Assembly (NCBI GenBank): GCA_046483445.1
Contig: JAWODD010000041.1
Span: 42,303-106,302 of the forward strand
Source of the DNA: Bacillota bacterium
Lineage (GTDB): Bacteria; Bacillota; Dethiobacteria; DTU022
Direction: 5' to 3'
Length of the DNA stretch: 64,000 nt
In this document: in pieces, positions 45,188 to 55,291 of the stretch
How the letters are laid out: every line of letters starts with the position of its first letter
How positions within the stretch are numbered: the stretch's first letter is position 1
Translations under genes and position numbers: made by a program
Notes under the pieces: generated by a model
Databases searched by the model: none
Told to the model about the DNA's origin: nothing
Seen by the model: the letters and a program-made list of their open reading frames with translations, nothing else

Positions 45188-46078
45188 ATGATGCATCGAT
45201 CCGGGTTTGTAGCTATAATCGGAAGGCCAAACGTGGGAAAATCAACACTTCTTAATGCTTTGATCGGCGAAAAAGTGGCGATTGTTACTGAACGCCCCCA
45301 GACTACCAGGAATCAAATAAGGGCAGTTTTGACCAGGGATGACGCCCAAATAATTTTTATCGACACCCCGGGTTTGCACAAGCCTAAACACAAACTGGGC
45401 TCGGTGATGGTTCAAAAGGCTCGCAATACCATCAAAGAAGTTGACCTGATCTTTTTTATGGTAGAAGCGCATCGACCACCCGGTTATGGCGATAAGCAAA
45501 TTGCCGAGCTTTTACAAGCAACCAGAGCACCTCTCTATTTATTGTTGAATAAATCCGATTTAGGGTTGCCGGATGAATTGCATACCTACAAGGAGTTATA
45601 TGAAAAAATGGGGACTTTTAAGGAGGTTTTTGCTCTTTCAGCACTACAGGAAACCAACTTAAATTCCTTAATTAATGCAACTGTGAAAGAACTACCGGAA
45701 GGGCCCCAATTTTATCCTCCGGGAATGATTACCGATCAACCTGAACAATTTATTGTTTCAGAAATTATCAGGGAAAAAATTATTCCGCTTACCAGGCAGG
45801 AAATTCCTTTTTCAATAGCGGTTGTTGTGGAAGAGCTTAATTTTCGGAAGGATAGGGAACTGATTGATATCCGGGCCGACATCCTGGTGGAACGTAAATC
45901 ACAAGCAGGCATTGTGATCGGCAAAAACGGAAGTATGCTTAAAGAAATTGGCATTATGGCCAGGCAAGAATTGGAAGCTATTTTTGGAGAACAGGTATAC
46001 CTTAATTTGCACGTTAAAGTAAAAAAAGACTGGCGTAGCGATGATCGGGAATTGTCTCGCCTGGGTTATACGGATTAG
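45188..46078 (+). CDS. era: GTPase Era
   Basis: GFVAIIGRPNVGKSTLLN (G1)...DTPG (G3)...NKSD (G4), plus a C-terminal KH domain. 296 aa. Confidence 0.9.
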   Translation: MMHRSGFVAIIGRPNVGKSTLLNALIGEKVAIVTERPQTTRNQIRAVLTRDDAQIIFIDTPGLHKPKHKLGSVMVQKARNTIKEVDLIFFMVEAHRPPGYGDKQIAELLQATRAPLYLLLNKSDLGLPDELHTYKELYEKMGTFKEVFALSALQETNLNSLINATVKELPEGPQFYPPGMITDQPEQFIVSEIIREKIIPLTRQEIPFSIAVVVEELNFRKDRELIDIRADILVERKSQAGIVIGKNGSMLKEIGIMARQELEAIFGEQVYLNLHVKVKKDWRSDDRELSRLGYTD

Positions 46079-46099
46079 GTTGGGGGAGAATTAGTAATT

Positions 46100-46843
46100 A
46101 TGCAGAGAAATTTTAAAGCTGAAGGCCTCGTTTTAAAAACCCGGCCTCTTGGGGAAGCTGACAAACTGATCACCTTGCTCACCTGGGAAATGGGCAAATT
46201 TGAAGCAGTTGCCAGAGGTGCTCGAAAAACCAAAAGTCGCCTTGCCGGCGGGGTAGATTTGTTTACGCGGGGGCGCTATATTTTTCACCAGGGCCGGACC
46301 TGGCCGATTATTACTGGGCAGGAAACATTGGAACATTTTATCCGTTTTCGTGAAGATCCGGATCTCTATCCTTACGGGCTTTTTTTGGTGGAACTGGCAG
46401 ATCGTCTCATCGTCGGGGAAGAACCCTGTGCCGCTATATGTGATTTATTGCTTGAGGGATGGCGTCAACTGGGCGATAGCAAGAACCGTCTTTTACTTTG
46501 TAAAGCATTTGAATTGAAATTGGCTCACCATGCGGGTTACAGTCCCTGTTTGCACCAATGTTCAATATGCGGTGTAAAAGATTTTATACCGGGAAAAGAT
46601 TTGGCTTTCAGTCCCGGCGAGGGAGGCCTTTTATGCAGCCACTGCCTTAAGGGAGAAACAATCAAGCTAGATTTCGGGACAGCAGCTTTAGCTCAAAGGT
46701 TGCTTAAAGCCCCCCTGGACCAAGTGTGTATGATCCGTCCTACAGCCCAACAAAATCAGGAGCTGGAACGGATCCTAAGTTCTTTTTTGGCTTACCACCT
46801 TGATCTTGAGCGTCTTAAATCAAGGAGTCTTTTAATAGAATAA
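46100..46843 (+). CDS. recO: DNA repair protein RecO
   Basis: MQRNFKAEGLVLKTRPLGEADKLITLLT is the OB-fold N-terminus. Zinc-finger Cys pairs CLHQCSICG...CSHC. Follows era as in Bacillus. Confidence 0.85.
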   Translation: MQRNFKAEGLVLKTRPLGEADKLITLLTWEMGKFEAVARGARKTKSRLAGGVDLFTRGRYIFHQGRTWPIITGQETLEHFIRFREDPDLYPYGLFLVELADRLIVGEEPCAAICDLLLEGWRQLGDSKNRLLLCKAFELKLAHHAGYSPCLHQCSICGVKDFIPGKDLAFSPGEGGLLCSHCLKGETIKLDFGTAALAQRLLKAPLDQVCMIRPTAQQNQELERILSSFLAYHLDLERLKSRSLLIE

Positions 46844-46897
46844 GGATAAGAAAGTTTGAGCGACTGTGCTTACATTTGCTATAAGAAAGGATTTACA

Positions 46898-47638
46898 ATG
46901 AATAAATTATCTTTGGCGGCGGATTTACATGTACACACGATTGCCAGCGGCCATGCCTACAGCACTGTATCCGAGCTTGCCAGGGAAGCATCGGCTAAAG
47001 GGTTAAAAGCTTTTGCTATAGCCGACCACGGTCCGGCTATGCCCGGAGGACCGCACCGCTACTATTTTGGGAATTTTAGGGTTTTGCCGCAAACCATAGA
47101 GGGAGTTAAAATTATCCGCGGTGTGGAGCTAAATATTTTAAATGAAGCGGGGGAGGTGGATTTGCCCACCCGTTACCTTGCTATGCTTGATCTCGCCTGG
47201 GCTGGCCTTCACGCTTTATGCTTTGATGGTTCAGGAGAAGAAAATTATACCAGAGCAGCGCTTAATGCCTTAAAAAACCCTTATGTGGATGGCCTGGTTC
47301 ACCCTGGTAATCCGGATTTTCCTTTGGATGCGGAAGCAGTCGTGATTCAGGCCAAGGAATACAACAAAGCCCTTGAAATTAACAACAGCTCTTTCCACGT
47401 TCGTCAAGGCAGCCTTGATCCCTGCAGGCAGTTTGCTTCTCTTGCAGTAAAACATGATCTTATGATAGCAGTTAACAGTGATGCCCACTTTGCTGCTGAT
47501 ATCGGGAGGAATGAAAAGGCTTCGGAAGTGCTTGCTGAAGCGAAACTGCCGGAAAGGTTGATTATAAATAGTACTATGGAAAAAATTGAATTGTTTATAC
47601 AGGCCAGAATGAACAGGATTGAAGGTTTAAAAGAGTAG
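46898..47638 (+). CDS. PHP-domain metal-dependent phosphoesterase
   Basis: ...AADLHVHTIASGHAYSTVSEL...AIADHGPAM... is the PHP motif I/II His cluster. The ORF-track start at 46856 was trimmed to the ATG at 46898. Confidence 0.7.
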   Translation: MNKLSLAADLHVHTIASGHAYSTVSELAREASAKGLKAFAIADHGPAMPGGPHRYYFGNFRVLPQTIEGVKIIRGVELNILNEAGEVDLPTRYLAMLDLAWAGLHALCFDGSGEENYTRAALNALKNPYVDGLVHPGNPDFPLDAEAVVIQAKEYNKALEINNSSFHVRQGSLDPCRQFASLAVKHDLMIAVNSDAHFAADIGRNEKASEVLAEAKLPERLIINSTMEKIELFIQARMNRIEGLKE

Positions 47639-47673
47639 CTGACTTGAATATTATAAAAAATGGAGGGATAGCA

Positions 47674-48141
47674 GTGAATATAGGCATTATAGTGTATTCG
47701 CAAAGCGGCAATACTGATTTCGTAGCCGGAATGCTTCAAGAAAAGCTCGTTCAATTAGGACATGAAGCAGCGATCGAAAAAATTGCCATTGATGGTAAAA
47801 TTCCTGCCGAAGCCGGAAAATTTACCATTACTAAAGCTCCTTTAGTTGATCAGTATGATTTTGTAATAATAGGATCGCCGGTGCAGGCTTTCTCCCTCAA
47901 TCCGGCAATGGCTGCTTATCTAGAGAATTTGTCCGGGTTGCAGGGGAAAGACGTTGCTTTATATGTGACTAAAAAATTGCCGATTAGCTGGGCGGGAGGA
48001 ACCCAGGCTTTAAAAAAGATGAGAAAATTGTGCGAAGCCAAGGGAGCTTCGGTTAAAGCGGCGGAGATGGTTTATTGGACTGAAGGCAAGCGTGACCAGA
48101 TGATTGCTCAAGTGGTTGAGACTATTAGCGGCCTTGTTTAG
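47674..48141 (+). CDS. flavodoxin-family protein
   Basis: (V)NIGIIVYSQSGNTDFVAGML is the FMN phosphate-binding loop T/SxxGNT. GTG start with a GGAGGG RBS. About 155 aa. Confidence 0.65.
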   Translation: MNIGIIVYSQSGNTDFVAGMLQEKLVQLGHEAAIEKIAIDGKIPAEAGKFTITKAPLVDQYDFVIIGSPVQAFSLNPAMAAYLENLSGLQGKDVALYVTKKLPISWAGGTQALKKMRKLCEAKGASVKAAEMVYWTEGKRDQMIAQVVETISGLV

Positions 48142-48271
48142 TTTAATTAGCTTGCTATAATGTAATCTTGCACTTTTATGCTGTGTTGAAACAAAACACT
48201 TATAATAAAGGCTTATATTTCTGTGTTTTACCGAGATCTTACTGTAAATTTTAATATACGAATGCGGACCC

Positions 48272-48300
48272 TTGACAATGGCGGGGGCAGTTGTTAGTAT
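48272..48300 (+). promoter_or_regulatory. sigma-A promoter of the glyQS T-box leader
   Basis: TTGACA at 48272-48277, the 17-nt spacer ATGGCGGGGGCAGTTGT, then TAGTAT at 48295-48300. Confidence 0.5.
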
Positions 48301-48306
48301 CTTACT

Positions 48307-48541
48307 AATCAAATAGCGTAAAAAGCAATGAAGGAAAGAAGTAGCCGGATTAATTTCCTTTTATCCAGGCAGTGAGTCGGGGATAGTGAAAGCCCGGCGG
48401 GCAGTTCGGTGAATGGCGTTCCTGAGCTTTAAAAAAGAATCAAGCGGGCTCCAGATTTTGGCTTTTGGAGTCAAGTAGGGTGGAACCGCGGGAACACCTC
48501 TCGTCCCTATGGTTATGATAACCAGGGGAGGGAGGTTTTTT
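48307..48541 (+). promoter_or_regulatory. T-box riboswitch leader (glycine-specific, glyQS)
   Basis: Conserved T-box sequence AGTAGGGTGGAACCGCGGGA at ~48474-48493. Candidate GGC specifier region (..AAAGCCCGGCGGGCAG..). Terminator-like GC hairpin followed by the T-run GGAGGTTTTTT at ~48530-48541. glyQ lies immediately downstream. Confidence 0.7.
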
Positions 48542-48616
48542 GATCTTATATCAGTTAAAGGGCTAAAATTATTTATTTACCAAGTAAAATTGTCTAAATG
48601 CAAAGGAGGAATCGCC

Positions 48617-49498
48617 TTGGATTTACAAACACTGATGATGAAATTTCAAGAATACTGGGACTCCAGGGGATGCTTGATCTGGCAGCCTTATGATGTTGAA
48701 AAGGGCGCGGGCACAATGAATCCGGCTACCTTTTTAAAATCATTGGGTCCGGAGCCATGGTCGGTAGGCTATGTTGAGCCTTCAAGACGACCGGCGGACG
48801 GGCGTTACGGTGAAAACCCAAACCGGCTTTACCAGCACCTGCAGTACCAGGTTATTATTAAACCGACCCCGCCTGATATTCAGGATCAATATCTTGACAG
48901 TCTGGCTTATCTTGGACTCGATCCGCTTGAACATGATATCCGTTTTGTGGAAGATAACTGGGAAGCTCCAACCCTCGGAGCCTGGGGATTGGGTTGGGAA
49001 GTCTGGCTTGATGGAATGGAGATCACCCAGTTCACTTATTTCCAGCAGGTAGGGGGCTATGATGTTGAAAAAGTCCCGGTAGAGTTGACCTACGGCCTTG
49101 AAAGAATTGCCATGTATTTGCAGGATCGGGATAATGTATTTGATTTGATTTGGACCGGTAATATTACCTACGGTGAAGTTTATAAGCGGGTTGAATGGGA
49201 ACAGTCCAGCTACAGCTTTGATTATGCGGACCTTGATTTGCTTTTTAACCTGTTTAATTTATACGAAAAGGAAGCAAAAAGGCTTTTGGAGCTCAATTTG
49301 GTTTATCCCGCTTATGATTATATTTTAAAGTGTTCCCATACTTTCAACAATCTTGATGCCAGGGGAGCGATCAGTGTTACTGAAAGGGCCGCCTACATCG
49401 GCCGGGTTCGGACCCTGGCCCGGCTTTGTGCCGATTGTTACCTTAAACAGAGGGAAGCAGCCGGTTATCCTTTAATGGCTGGAGGTGGAGTAAAATGA
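48617..49498 (+). CDS. glyQ: glycine--tRNA ligase alpha subunit
   Basis: TTG start with an [49 protein letters not shown] matches GlyQ (LQDYWARQGCTIVQP...). Confidence 0.9.
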   Translation: MDLQTLMMKFQEYWDSRGCLIWQPYDVEKGAGTMNPATFLKSLGPEPWSVGYVEPSRRPADGRYGENPNRLYQHLQYQVIIKPTPPDIQDQYLDSLAYLGLDPLEHDIRFVEDNWEAPTLGAWGLGWEVWLDGMEITQFTYFQQVGGYDVEKVPVELTYGLERIAMYLQDRDNVFDLIWTGNITYGEVYKRVEWEQSSYSFDYADLDLLFNLFNLYEKEAKRLLELNLVYPAYDYILKCSHTFNNLDARGAISVTERAAYIGRVRTLARLCADCYLKQREAAGYPLMAGGGVK

Positions 49499-51573
49499 AA
49501 AACAGCAATGATCTATTGATGGAAATAGGATGTGAGGAAATTCCATCACGATTCTTGCCCGGGGCTATGGAACAGTTAAAAAACGGAGCTTTATCCCTTT
49601 TGGCGGAATACAGGTGCAAACATGGAGAAATTTCAACCTATGCCACTCCCAGGCGGTTGGTAGTTTTGGTCAAAGAACTGGCATCGATGCAGGAGGATCT
49701 GGTGGAGCGGGTAAAAGGGCCGCCGGTAAACCGGGCTTACGACGAACAAGGTCAGCCAACCAGGGCCCTGCATGGTTTTATTCAATCCCAGGGAGTTTCC
49801 ATGGAGCAAATAGAAGAAGAAACCATAAAAGACGCCCGCTATATTTTTGCCCGCAAGGAGATACCCGGTCAGCCGGCGGAAAATATACTGCCGGAACTGC
49901 TTCCGCAGCTTATCCGCAAAATCAGTTTTCCGCGTCCAATGTACTGGCAGAGTAAAGAAGTGCGCTTTGCCCGGCCGATTCGCTGGCTACTTGCTCTTTA
50001 TAACAGCAAGGAACTGCCGTTTGAATTTGCCAGAGTTACTGCAGGCAGGTATACTTACGGTCACCGGTTTTTAGCTTCCGGGCCGTTTGAAGTTAAAGAC
50101 GTGGATCATTATTTCCATTGTCTTGAAGAAAGCTATATCATACTGGATCAGGATCGCCGGAAAAATATGATCCGGGAACAACTCGAACAGAAAGCGGCAG
50201 AAATTGGCGGGAAGGCCCTTGTAGAAGAAGAACTTCTTGAAGAAGTCACTTACCTGGTTGAATACCCGGTAGCTATTGATGGCTCGTTCGATCAAGCTTA
50301 CCTGGATTTGCCCCAGGAAGTACCCATAACTACTATGCAAAACCACCAGCGATATTTTCCCATTGTGGAAAAAGAAAGTGGACGCTTAATGCCTTATTTT
50401 ATCGGGATCAGTAATAACAAATTTAATCCTAATATAAGAAAGGGATATGCCAAAGTGCTGCAGGCCCGTTTGGCTGACGGACAGTTTTTCTTTAATGAAG
50501 ACCGAAAAAAATCGCTTGAAGAATATGTGGGAGAGTTGAAAAATGTGGTTTTCCTGGAATCCCTGGGGACCCTTGATCAAAAACGAGCCCGGTTGGTTGA
50601 ACTTACCTGTAAATTAAGTGATAACCTGACTTTACCGGCAGAAAAAATTGAAAAAGCAAAAAGGATTGCGCATTTGTGCAAGGCCGATCTTGTTACCGGA
50701 ATGGTCAATGAATTTACAGAACTGCAGGGGGTAATGGGGCGAGAATACGCCAGGCTTAGCGGTGAAGACCCGGAGGTTGCCAACGGTATTTATGAACATT
50801 ACCTGCCCCGTTATTACGGGGATTACTTGCCTTCAAAAATTGAGACTGCCCTGGTATCCCTGGTCGATCGCATTGATACCCTGGCCGGTTGTTTCGCTAT
50901 CGGGATCCAACCAACCGGTTCACAGGATCCATATGGATTGCGCCGCCAAGCCCAGGGAGCTATTAGCATTCTTCTTGGTCTTGAGATTAATCTTTCTTTA
51001 GAAGAGTATCTCGACAGGGCCCTGGACACGATTACTTCTGAAGTTCCCCTGGAAAATGAAGAGCGTGAAAAAGTTAAGACAAACCTGTGGGAATTCATGA
51101 TTCAGCGCATCCGCTTTATACTTCAGGAAAAAGGGACTGGCCATGATTTGGTCGAAGCGGTGCTGGCTGTGCCTTTTAATACTGTTGGAGAACTGTTTAA
51201 CCGGGTAAATGTATTAAGCGAATATTTAAAGGGACCGCTTCTAGATGATGTAATTATTGCTTATAACCGGGTGGCTAATCTTGCCGCTAAAGCGCCGGGT
51301 GGTGATATTGATCAAAATCTACTTACCGAACCGGCGGAAAAAGATCTTTTCAGTAAATACCAGGTGGTCAGTGATGAAATCGAAGCTCTAACCGATCCCG
51401 TCAAAATGCTGGAAAAGGTGCAAACTTTAAAAGAACCGGTAGATGATTTCTTCGATGATGTCATGGTCATGGTTGATGATGACAAAATTCGTGAAAACAG
51501 ATTAAACATGCTGCTATTAATCAAGAAATTGTTTAACAGGTTGGCTGATTTTTCTAAACTGCAGACTCCTTAA
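49495..51573 (+). CDS. glyS: glycine--tRNA ligase beta subunit
   Basis: 692 aa. [21 protein letters not shown] is the GlyS N-terminus. ATGA overlap with glyQ. Confidence 0.9.
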   Translation: MKNSNDLLMEIGCEEIPSRFLPGAMEQLKNGALSLLAEYRCKHGEISTYATPRRLVVLVKELASMQEDLVERVKGPPVNRAYDEQGQPTRALHGFIQSQGVSMEQIEEETIKDARYIFARKEIPGQPAENILPELLPQLIRKISFPRPMYWQSKEVRFARPIRWLLALYNSKELPFEFARVTAGRYTYGHRFLASGPFEVKDVDHYFHCLEESYIILDQDRRKNMIREQLEQKAAEIGGKALVEEELLEEVTYLVEYPVAIDGSFDQAYLDLPQEVPITTMQNHQRYFPIVEKESGRLMPYFIGISNNKFNPNIRKGYAKVLQARLADGQFFFNEDRKKSLEEYVGELKNVVFLESLGTLDQKRARLVELTCKLSDNLTLPAEKIEKAKRIAHLCKADLVTGMVNEFTELQGVMGREYARLSGEDPEVANGIYEHYLPRYYGDYLPSKIETALVSLVDRIDTLAGCFAIGIQPTGSQDPYGLRRQAQGAISILLGLEINLSLEEYLDRALDTITSEVPLENEEREKVKTNLWEFMIQRIRFILQEKGTGHDLVEAVLAVPFNTVGELFNRVNVLSEYLKGPLLDDVIIAYNRVANLAAKAPGGDIDQNLLTEPAEKDLFSKYQVVSDEIEALTDPVKMLEKVQTLKEPVDDFFDDVMVMVDDDKIRENRLNMLLLIKKLFNRLADFSKLQTP

Positions 51574-51709
51574 ATATAGTTTTCCGGCAGGAAGAAACCG
51601 GATCTTTATCGTATACTTTATTTACATTATAGATTTAGTGGACAAGAATCCGGATTGTCCTGCTGAGAAGAATTTTAGATTATTGTTATTATCAGAGAGG
51701 AGTTTGCTG

Positions 51710-52534
51710 ATGGAGGGACCTATTGAAAAACCGGTTATTTACCTGGTTTCTGATTCAATCGGCGATACAGCAGAATTTGTGGTCAAAGCTGTGGCCAGTC
51801 AGTTTGATTCCGGTCAGGTGGAAATGCGGCGGGTGCCATTTGTGGAAGAAGAGTCGCAAATCAGGGCTGTTTTTGAAGAAGCATCGGGGAAAAATGCCAT
51901 CATAGCTTATACCCTGGTAGTTCCCGAACTGCGCCAGGCAATGGCGGAAGAGGCAATAAGACATTCAGTGCTGACTGCCGATATTCTTGGTTCACTAATG
52001 GGTGCTTTTACGAGGGCTACCCATAAGGAACCTCGCCTTGAGCCCGGAAGAGTCAGGCAACTTGATGAAGCCTATTTCCGCCGGATGGCAGCAATTGAAT
52101 TTGCAGTTAAGCATGATGATGGAAAAGATCCGCGCGGTATAATGAAGGCTGATGTTGTCCTGGTTGGTATTTCCAGGACTTCGAAAACTCCCTTAAGTAT
52201 GTACCTGGCTCATCAGGGCATTATGACGGCTAATTTGCCGCTCGTTCCCGAGGTGGAACCTCCGGAAGAGCTGTTTTGGATTCCGCCGCAAAGAATAATC
52301 GGCCTGGTCATCGATCCTAAACAGCTTCAGCAGATCAGGCGGGAGCGCTTGAAAAGTCTGGGGCTTGATGAAAATGCCGATTATGTCAATGTGGAAAGAA
52401 TCGAAGAGGAGTTGACCTACGCTCGCCGGATAATGAAAAAACTTGGCTGCACTGTTTTTGAAGTTTCTGATAAGGCTGTTGAAGAGGTGGCCAACAGGAT
52501 TATTCAGGTAATTAAAGGAGGAGAAAAAATTTGA
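51710..52534 (+). CDS. pyruvate, phosphate dikinase regulatory protein (PDRP; bifunctional kinase/pyrophosphorylase, DUF299)
   Basis: MEGPIEKPVIYLVSDSIGDTAEFV...VLVGISRTSKTPLSMYLA (P-loop). The ORF-track 5' extension from 51638 was rejected. The stop overlaps the ppdK start. Confidence 0.85.
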   Translation: MEGPIEKPVIYLVSDSIGDTAEFVVKAVASQFDSGQVEMRRVPFVEEESQIRAVFEEASGKNAIIAYTLVVPELRQAMAEEAIRHSVLTADILGSLMGAFTRATHKEPRLEPGRVRQLDEAYFRRMAAIEFAVKHDDGKDPRGIMKADVVLVGISRTSKTPLSMYLAHQGIMTANLPLVPEVEPPEELFWIPPQRIIGLVIDPKQLQQIRRERLKSLGLDENADYVNVERIEEELTYARRIMKKLGCTVFEVSDKAVEEVANRIIQVIKGGEKI

Positions 52535-55191
52535 TGAATGGCCAACATGTCTATCCATTTGAGGAAGGTAACAAATCGATGAAGGATTTGCTCGGCGGCA
52601 AGGGGGCTAACCTGGCGGAAATGGCAAGCATTGGTTTGCCGGTGCCCCCGGGATTTACGGTTACCACCGAAGCCTGCAACCGTTATTTAAATCTGGGAGA
52701 AGAATTATGGCCGGAGTTAAAATCAGAAATCCTTGATAACCTGAATGCGCTGGAAGAAAAAACCGGGCGCAGCTTTGGGGGTAATCCGCCGCTCTTACTG
52801 TCAGTGCGCTCCGGCGCTGTTGTTTCCATGCCGGGAATGATGGATACCATTTTAAATCTTGGCCTGAACCATGAAACCTGTGAACAGCTTGCTTTAGAAA
52901 CCGGTAGTCGTCATTTTGCTCTTGATTGTTATCGCCGTTTTATTCAAATGTTTGGGGATGTTGTTTTAAAGATTGGTCATCATAATTTTGAAAATATATT
53001 GACTGAAGCAAGGAATGAAAAAAAGGTGGCTACCGATGCGGAGCTTGATGTGCCGGCATTGGAGCAGATTATCGAAGATTTTTTGGCAGTAGTCAAAAAA
53101 GAAGTGGGCCGGGATTTTCCCCTCGATGCTGAAGAACAGCTATTTATGGCCGTTGAGGCTGTATTTAATTCATGGAATACTGATCGGGCTGTGGTATATC
53201 GCCAGGCGAACCGCATTCCCGATGATCTGGGCACTGCGGTTAATGTCCAGGCCATGGTTTTTGGCAACCTGGGAGGAGACAGCGGCACCGGGGTTGCATT
53301 TACGCGGAACCCTTCTACCGGCGAGCCAAAAATTTATGGGGAATATTTGCTTAATGCCCAGGGGGAAGATGTCGTAGCAGGAATCAGGACTCCCCGCCCC
53401 CTGGAAGGGTTGGAAAATGATCTACCTGAAGTCTACAAGCAATTTCTAGATACCTGTCGCACCCTGGAAAAACATTACCTGGATATGCAGGATGTAGAGT
53501 TTACTATAGAAAGAAAAAAATTGTACATGTTGCAAACCCGAACCGGTAAAAGAACTGCCAATGCAGCCCTGCGCATAGCTGTCGATATGGTTAATGAAGG
53601 AGTGATTGATAAAACTGAAGCATTGCAGCGGATAGAACCTGCCCAACTGGAACAGCTGCTGCACTGGCGTATTGATCCCGAAGCAAAAATGAATTATATC
53701 GCCAAAGGGCTGCCTGCATCACCGGGGGCTGCATCTGGGAAAGTTGTATTTGAAGCCGATAAGGCCCAGGAAATGGCTCAGAAAGGAGAGCAGGTGCTTT
53801 TAGTCCGCCCGGAGACTACTCCTGATGATATCCATGGTATTATTGCTGCCCGGGGAGTGCTTACCAGTCGGGGCGGCATGACCAGTCATGCTGCAGTTGT
53901 TGCCCGCGGAATGGGCAAACCTTGTGTCTGCGGTTGCGATGAATTAAGAATAGATCTCAATAAGGGGCTCTTTTATGTTGATAACTCTGAATATACAGAA
54001 GGGGAGACGCTTTCAATTGACGGCACCACCGGCCAGGTTATCCTGGGCGAAGCTCCCCTGATCGAGCCGCAGTTTACCGAGCAGTTCTATGAGCTATTAA
54101 GTTGGGCCGATGATGTGCGCCGCTTAAAGGTGCGGGCCAATGCAGACAATCCTGAAGATGCACAGCGAGCTATTGATTTGGGAGCCCAGGGGATCGGTCT
54201 TTGCCGGACAGAGCACATGTTTATGGCTGCCGATAGAGTTCCGGTAGTCCAAAAAATGATTCTTTCTATGGATCCGGATAAAAGGAAAGCGGCTTTGGAA
54301 GAACTACTGCCGATGCAGCAGCAAGATTTTAAAGGGATTTTAAAAGCAATGTCAGGATACCCGGTGACCATTCGTCTGCTGGATCCTCCTTTGCATGAAT
54401 TTCTTCCCGATCGGGAAGAACTGCTCTTAGAGGTTGACCGGTTGCAAAGGGAAAGCAGTGATTCAGAAAAGCTAAAATCTAAAGAAGAAATGCTGCAAAA
54501 AGTGCAGATGCTTTCTGAATATAATCCAATGCTGGGACACAGAGGTTGCCGTTTGGGATTGGTCTATCCTGAAATATACAGGATGCAGGTGCGAGCAATT
54601 TTTCTTGCCGCTTTTGAGTTGCTGGATGAAGGAATGGCCCCGGAACAACTTTTACCGGAAGTAATGATCCCGCTTGTCGGTCACCGGGAAGAAATGGACC
54701 GGATGAAGCAGCTTGTTGAAGAAACGATTGAGAAATTATTCGAAGAAAAAGGTAGGAAGCTGCCTTATCTTGTCGGAACCATGATCGAGTTGCCCCGGGC
54801 CTGCCTGATTGCCGATCAACTGGCTCAATCCGCTTCCTTTTTCTCATTTGGCACCAATGATTTAACTCAGACTACCCTGGGCTACAGCAGGGATGATGCC
54901 GAAGCCAAGTTTTTGCCATTCTATATCCAGCAAAAAATTATAAAGATGAACCCCTTTGCTGAAATCGACCGAGAAGGGGTTGGTCAGCTGGTAAAACTGG
55001 CTATAGAAAAGGGAAGGGAAACCAGGCCGGACTTAAAAATAGGCATATGTGGCGAACATGGCGGCGATCCTAAATCAATCGGCTTTTTCCATGAAGTCAG
55101 TCTGGATTATGTGAGTTGTTCCCCCTACCGGATACCCATCGCGCGTCTCTCGGCGGCAAGGTCAGTGCTTGCCGGGGAAAATACAGATTGA
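52531..55191 (+). CDS. ppdK: pyruvate, phosphate dikinase
   Basis: VYPFEEGNKSMKDLLGGKGANLAEMASIGLPVPPGFTVTTEAC...; catalytic His in LTSRGGMTSHAAVVARGMGKPCV; PEP-binding C-terminus ...GICGEHGGDP.... 886 aa. Confidence 0.95.
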   Translation: MMNGQHVYPFEEGNKSMKDLLGGKGANLAEMASIGLPVPPGFTVTTEACNRYLNLGEELWPELKSEILDNLNALEEKTGRSFGGNPPLLLSVRSGAVVSMPGMMDTILNLGLNHETCEQLALETGSRHFALDCYRRFIQMFGDVVLKIGHHNFENILTEARNEKKVATDAELDVPALEQIIEDFLAVVKKEVGRDFPLDAEEQLFMAVEAVFNSWNTDRAVVYRQANRIPDDLGTAVNVQAMVFGNLGGDSGTGVAFTRNPSTGEPKIYGEYLLNAQGEDVVAGIRTPRPLEGLENDLPEVYKQFLDTCRTLEKHYLDMQDVEFTIERKKLYMLQTRTGKRTANAALRIAVDMVNEGVIDKTEALQRIEPAQLEQLLHWRIDPEAKMNYIAKGLPASPGAASGKVVFEADKAQEMAQKGEQVLLVRPETTPDDIHGIIAARGVLTSRGGMTSHAAVVARGMGKPCVCGCDELRIDLNKGLFYVDNSEYTEGETLSIDGTTGQVILGEAPLIEPQFTEQFYELLSWADDVRRLKVRANADNPEDAQRAIDLGAQGIGLCRTEHMFMAADRVPVVQKMILSMDPDKRKAALEELLPMQQQDFKGILKAMSGYPVTIRLLDPPLHEFLPDREELLLEVDRLQRESSDSEKLKSKEEMLQKVQMLSEYNPMLGHRGCRLGLVYPEIYRMQVRAIFLAAFELLDEGMAPEQLLPEVMIPLVGHREEMDRMKQLVEETIEKLFEEKGRKLPYLVGTMIELPRACLIADQLAQSASFFSFGTNDLTQTTLGYSRDDAEAKFLPFYIQQKIIKMNPFAEIDREGVGQLVKLAIEKGRETRPDLKIGICGEHGGDPKSIGFFHEVSLDYVSCSPYRIPIARLSAARSVLAGENTD

Positions 55192-55291
55192 AAATATCCC
55201 GATATTTAATGTAACTACTGGATTTTAACAGGAGAATATTGATTTATGACGAATACTAGGTAAGTTAAAATAGTGGCAAGGAGTGATCTAA

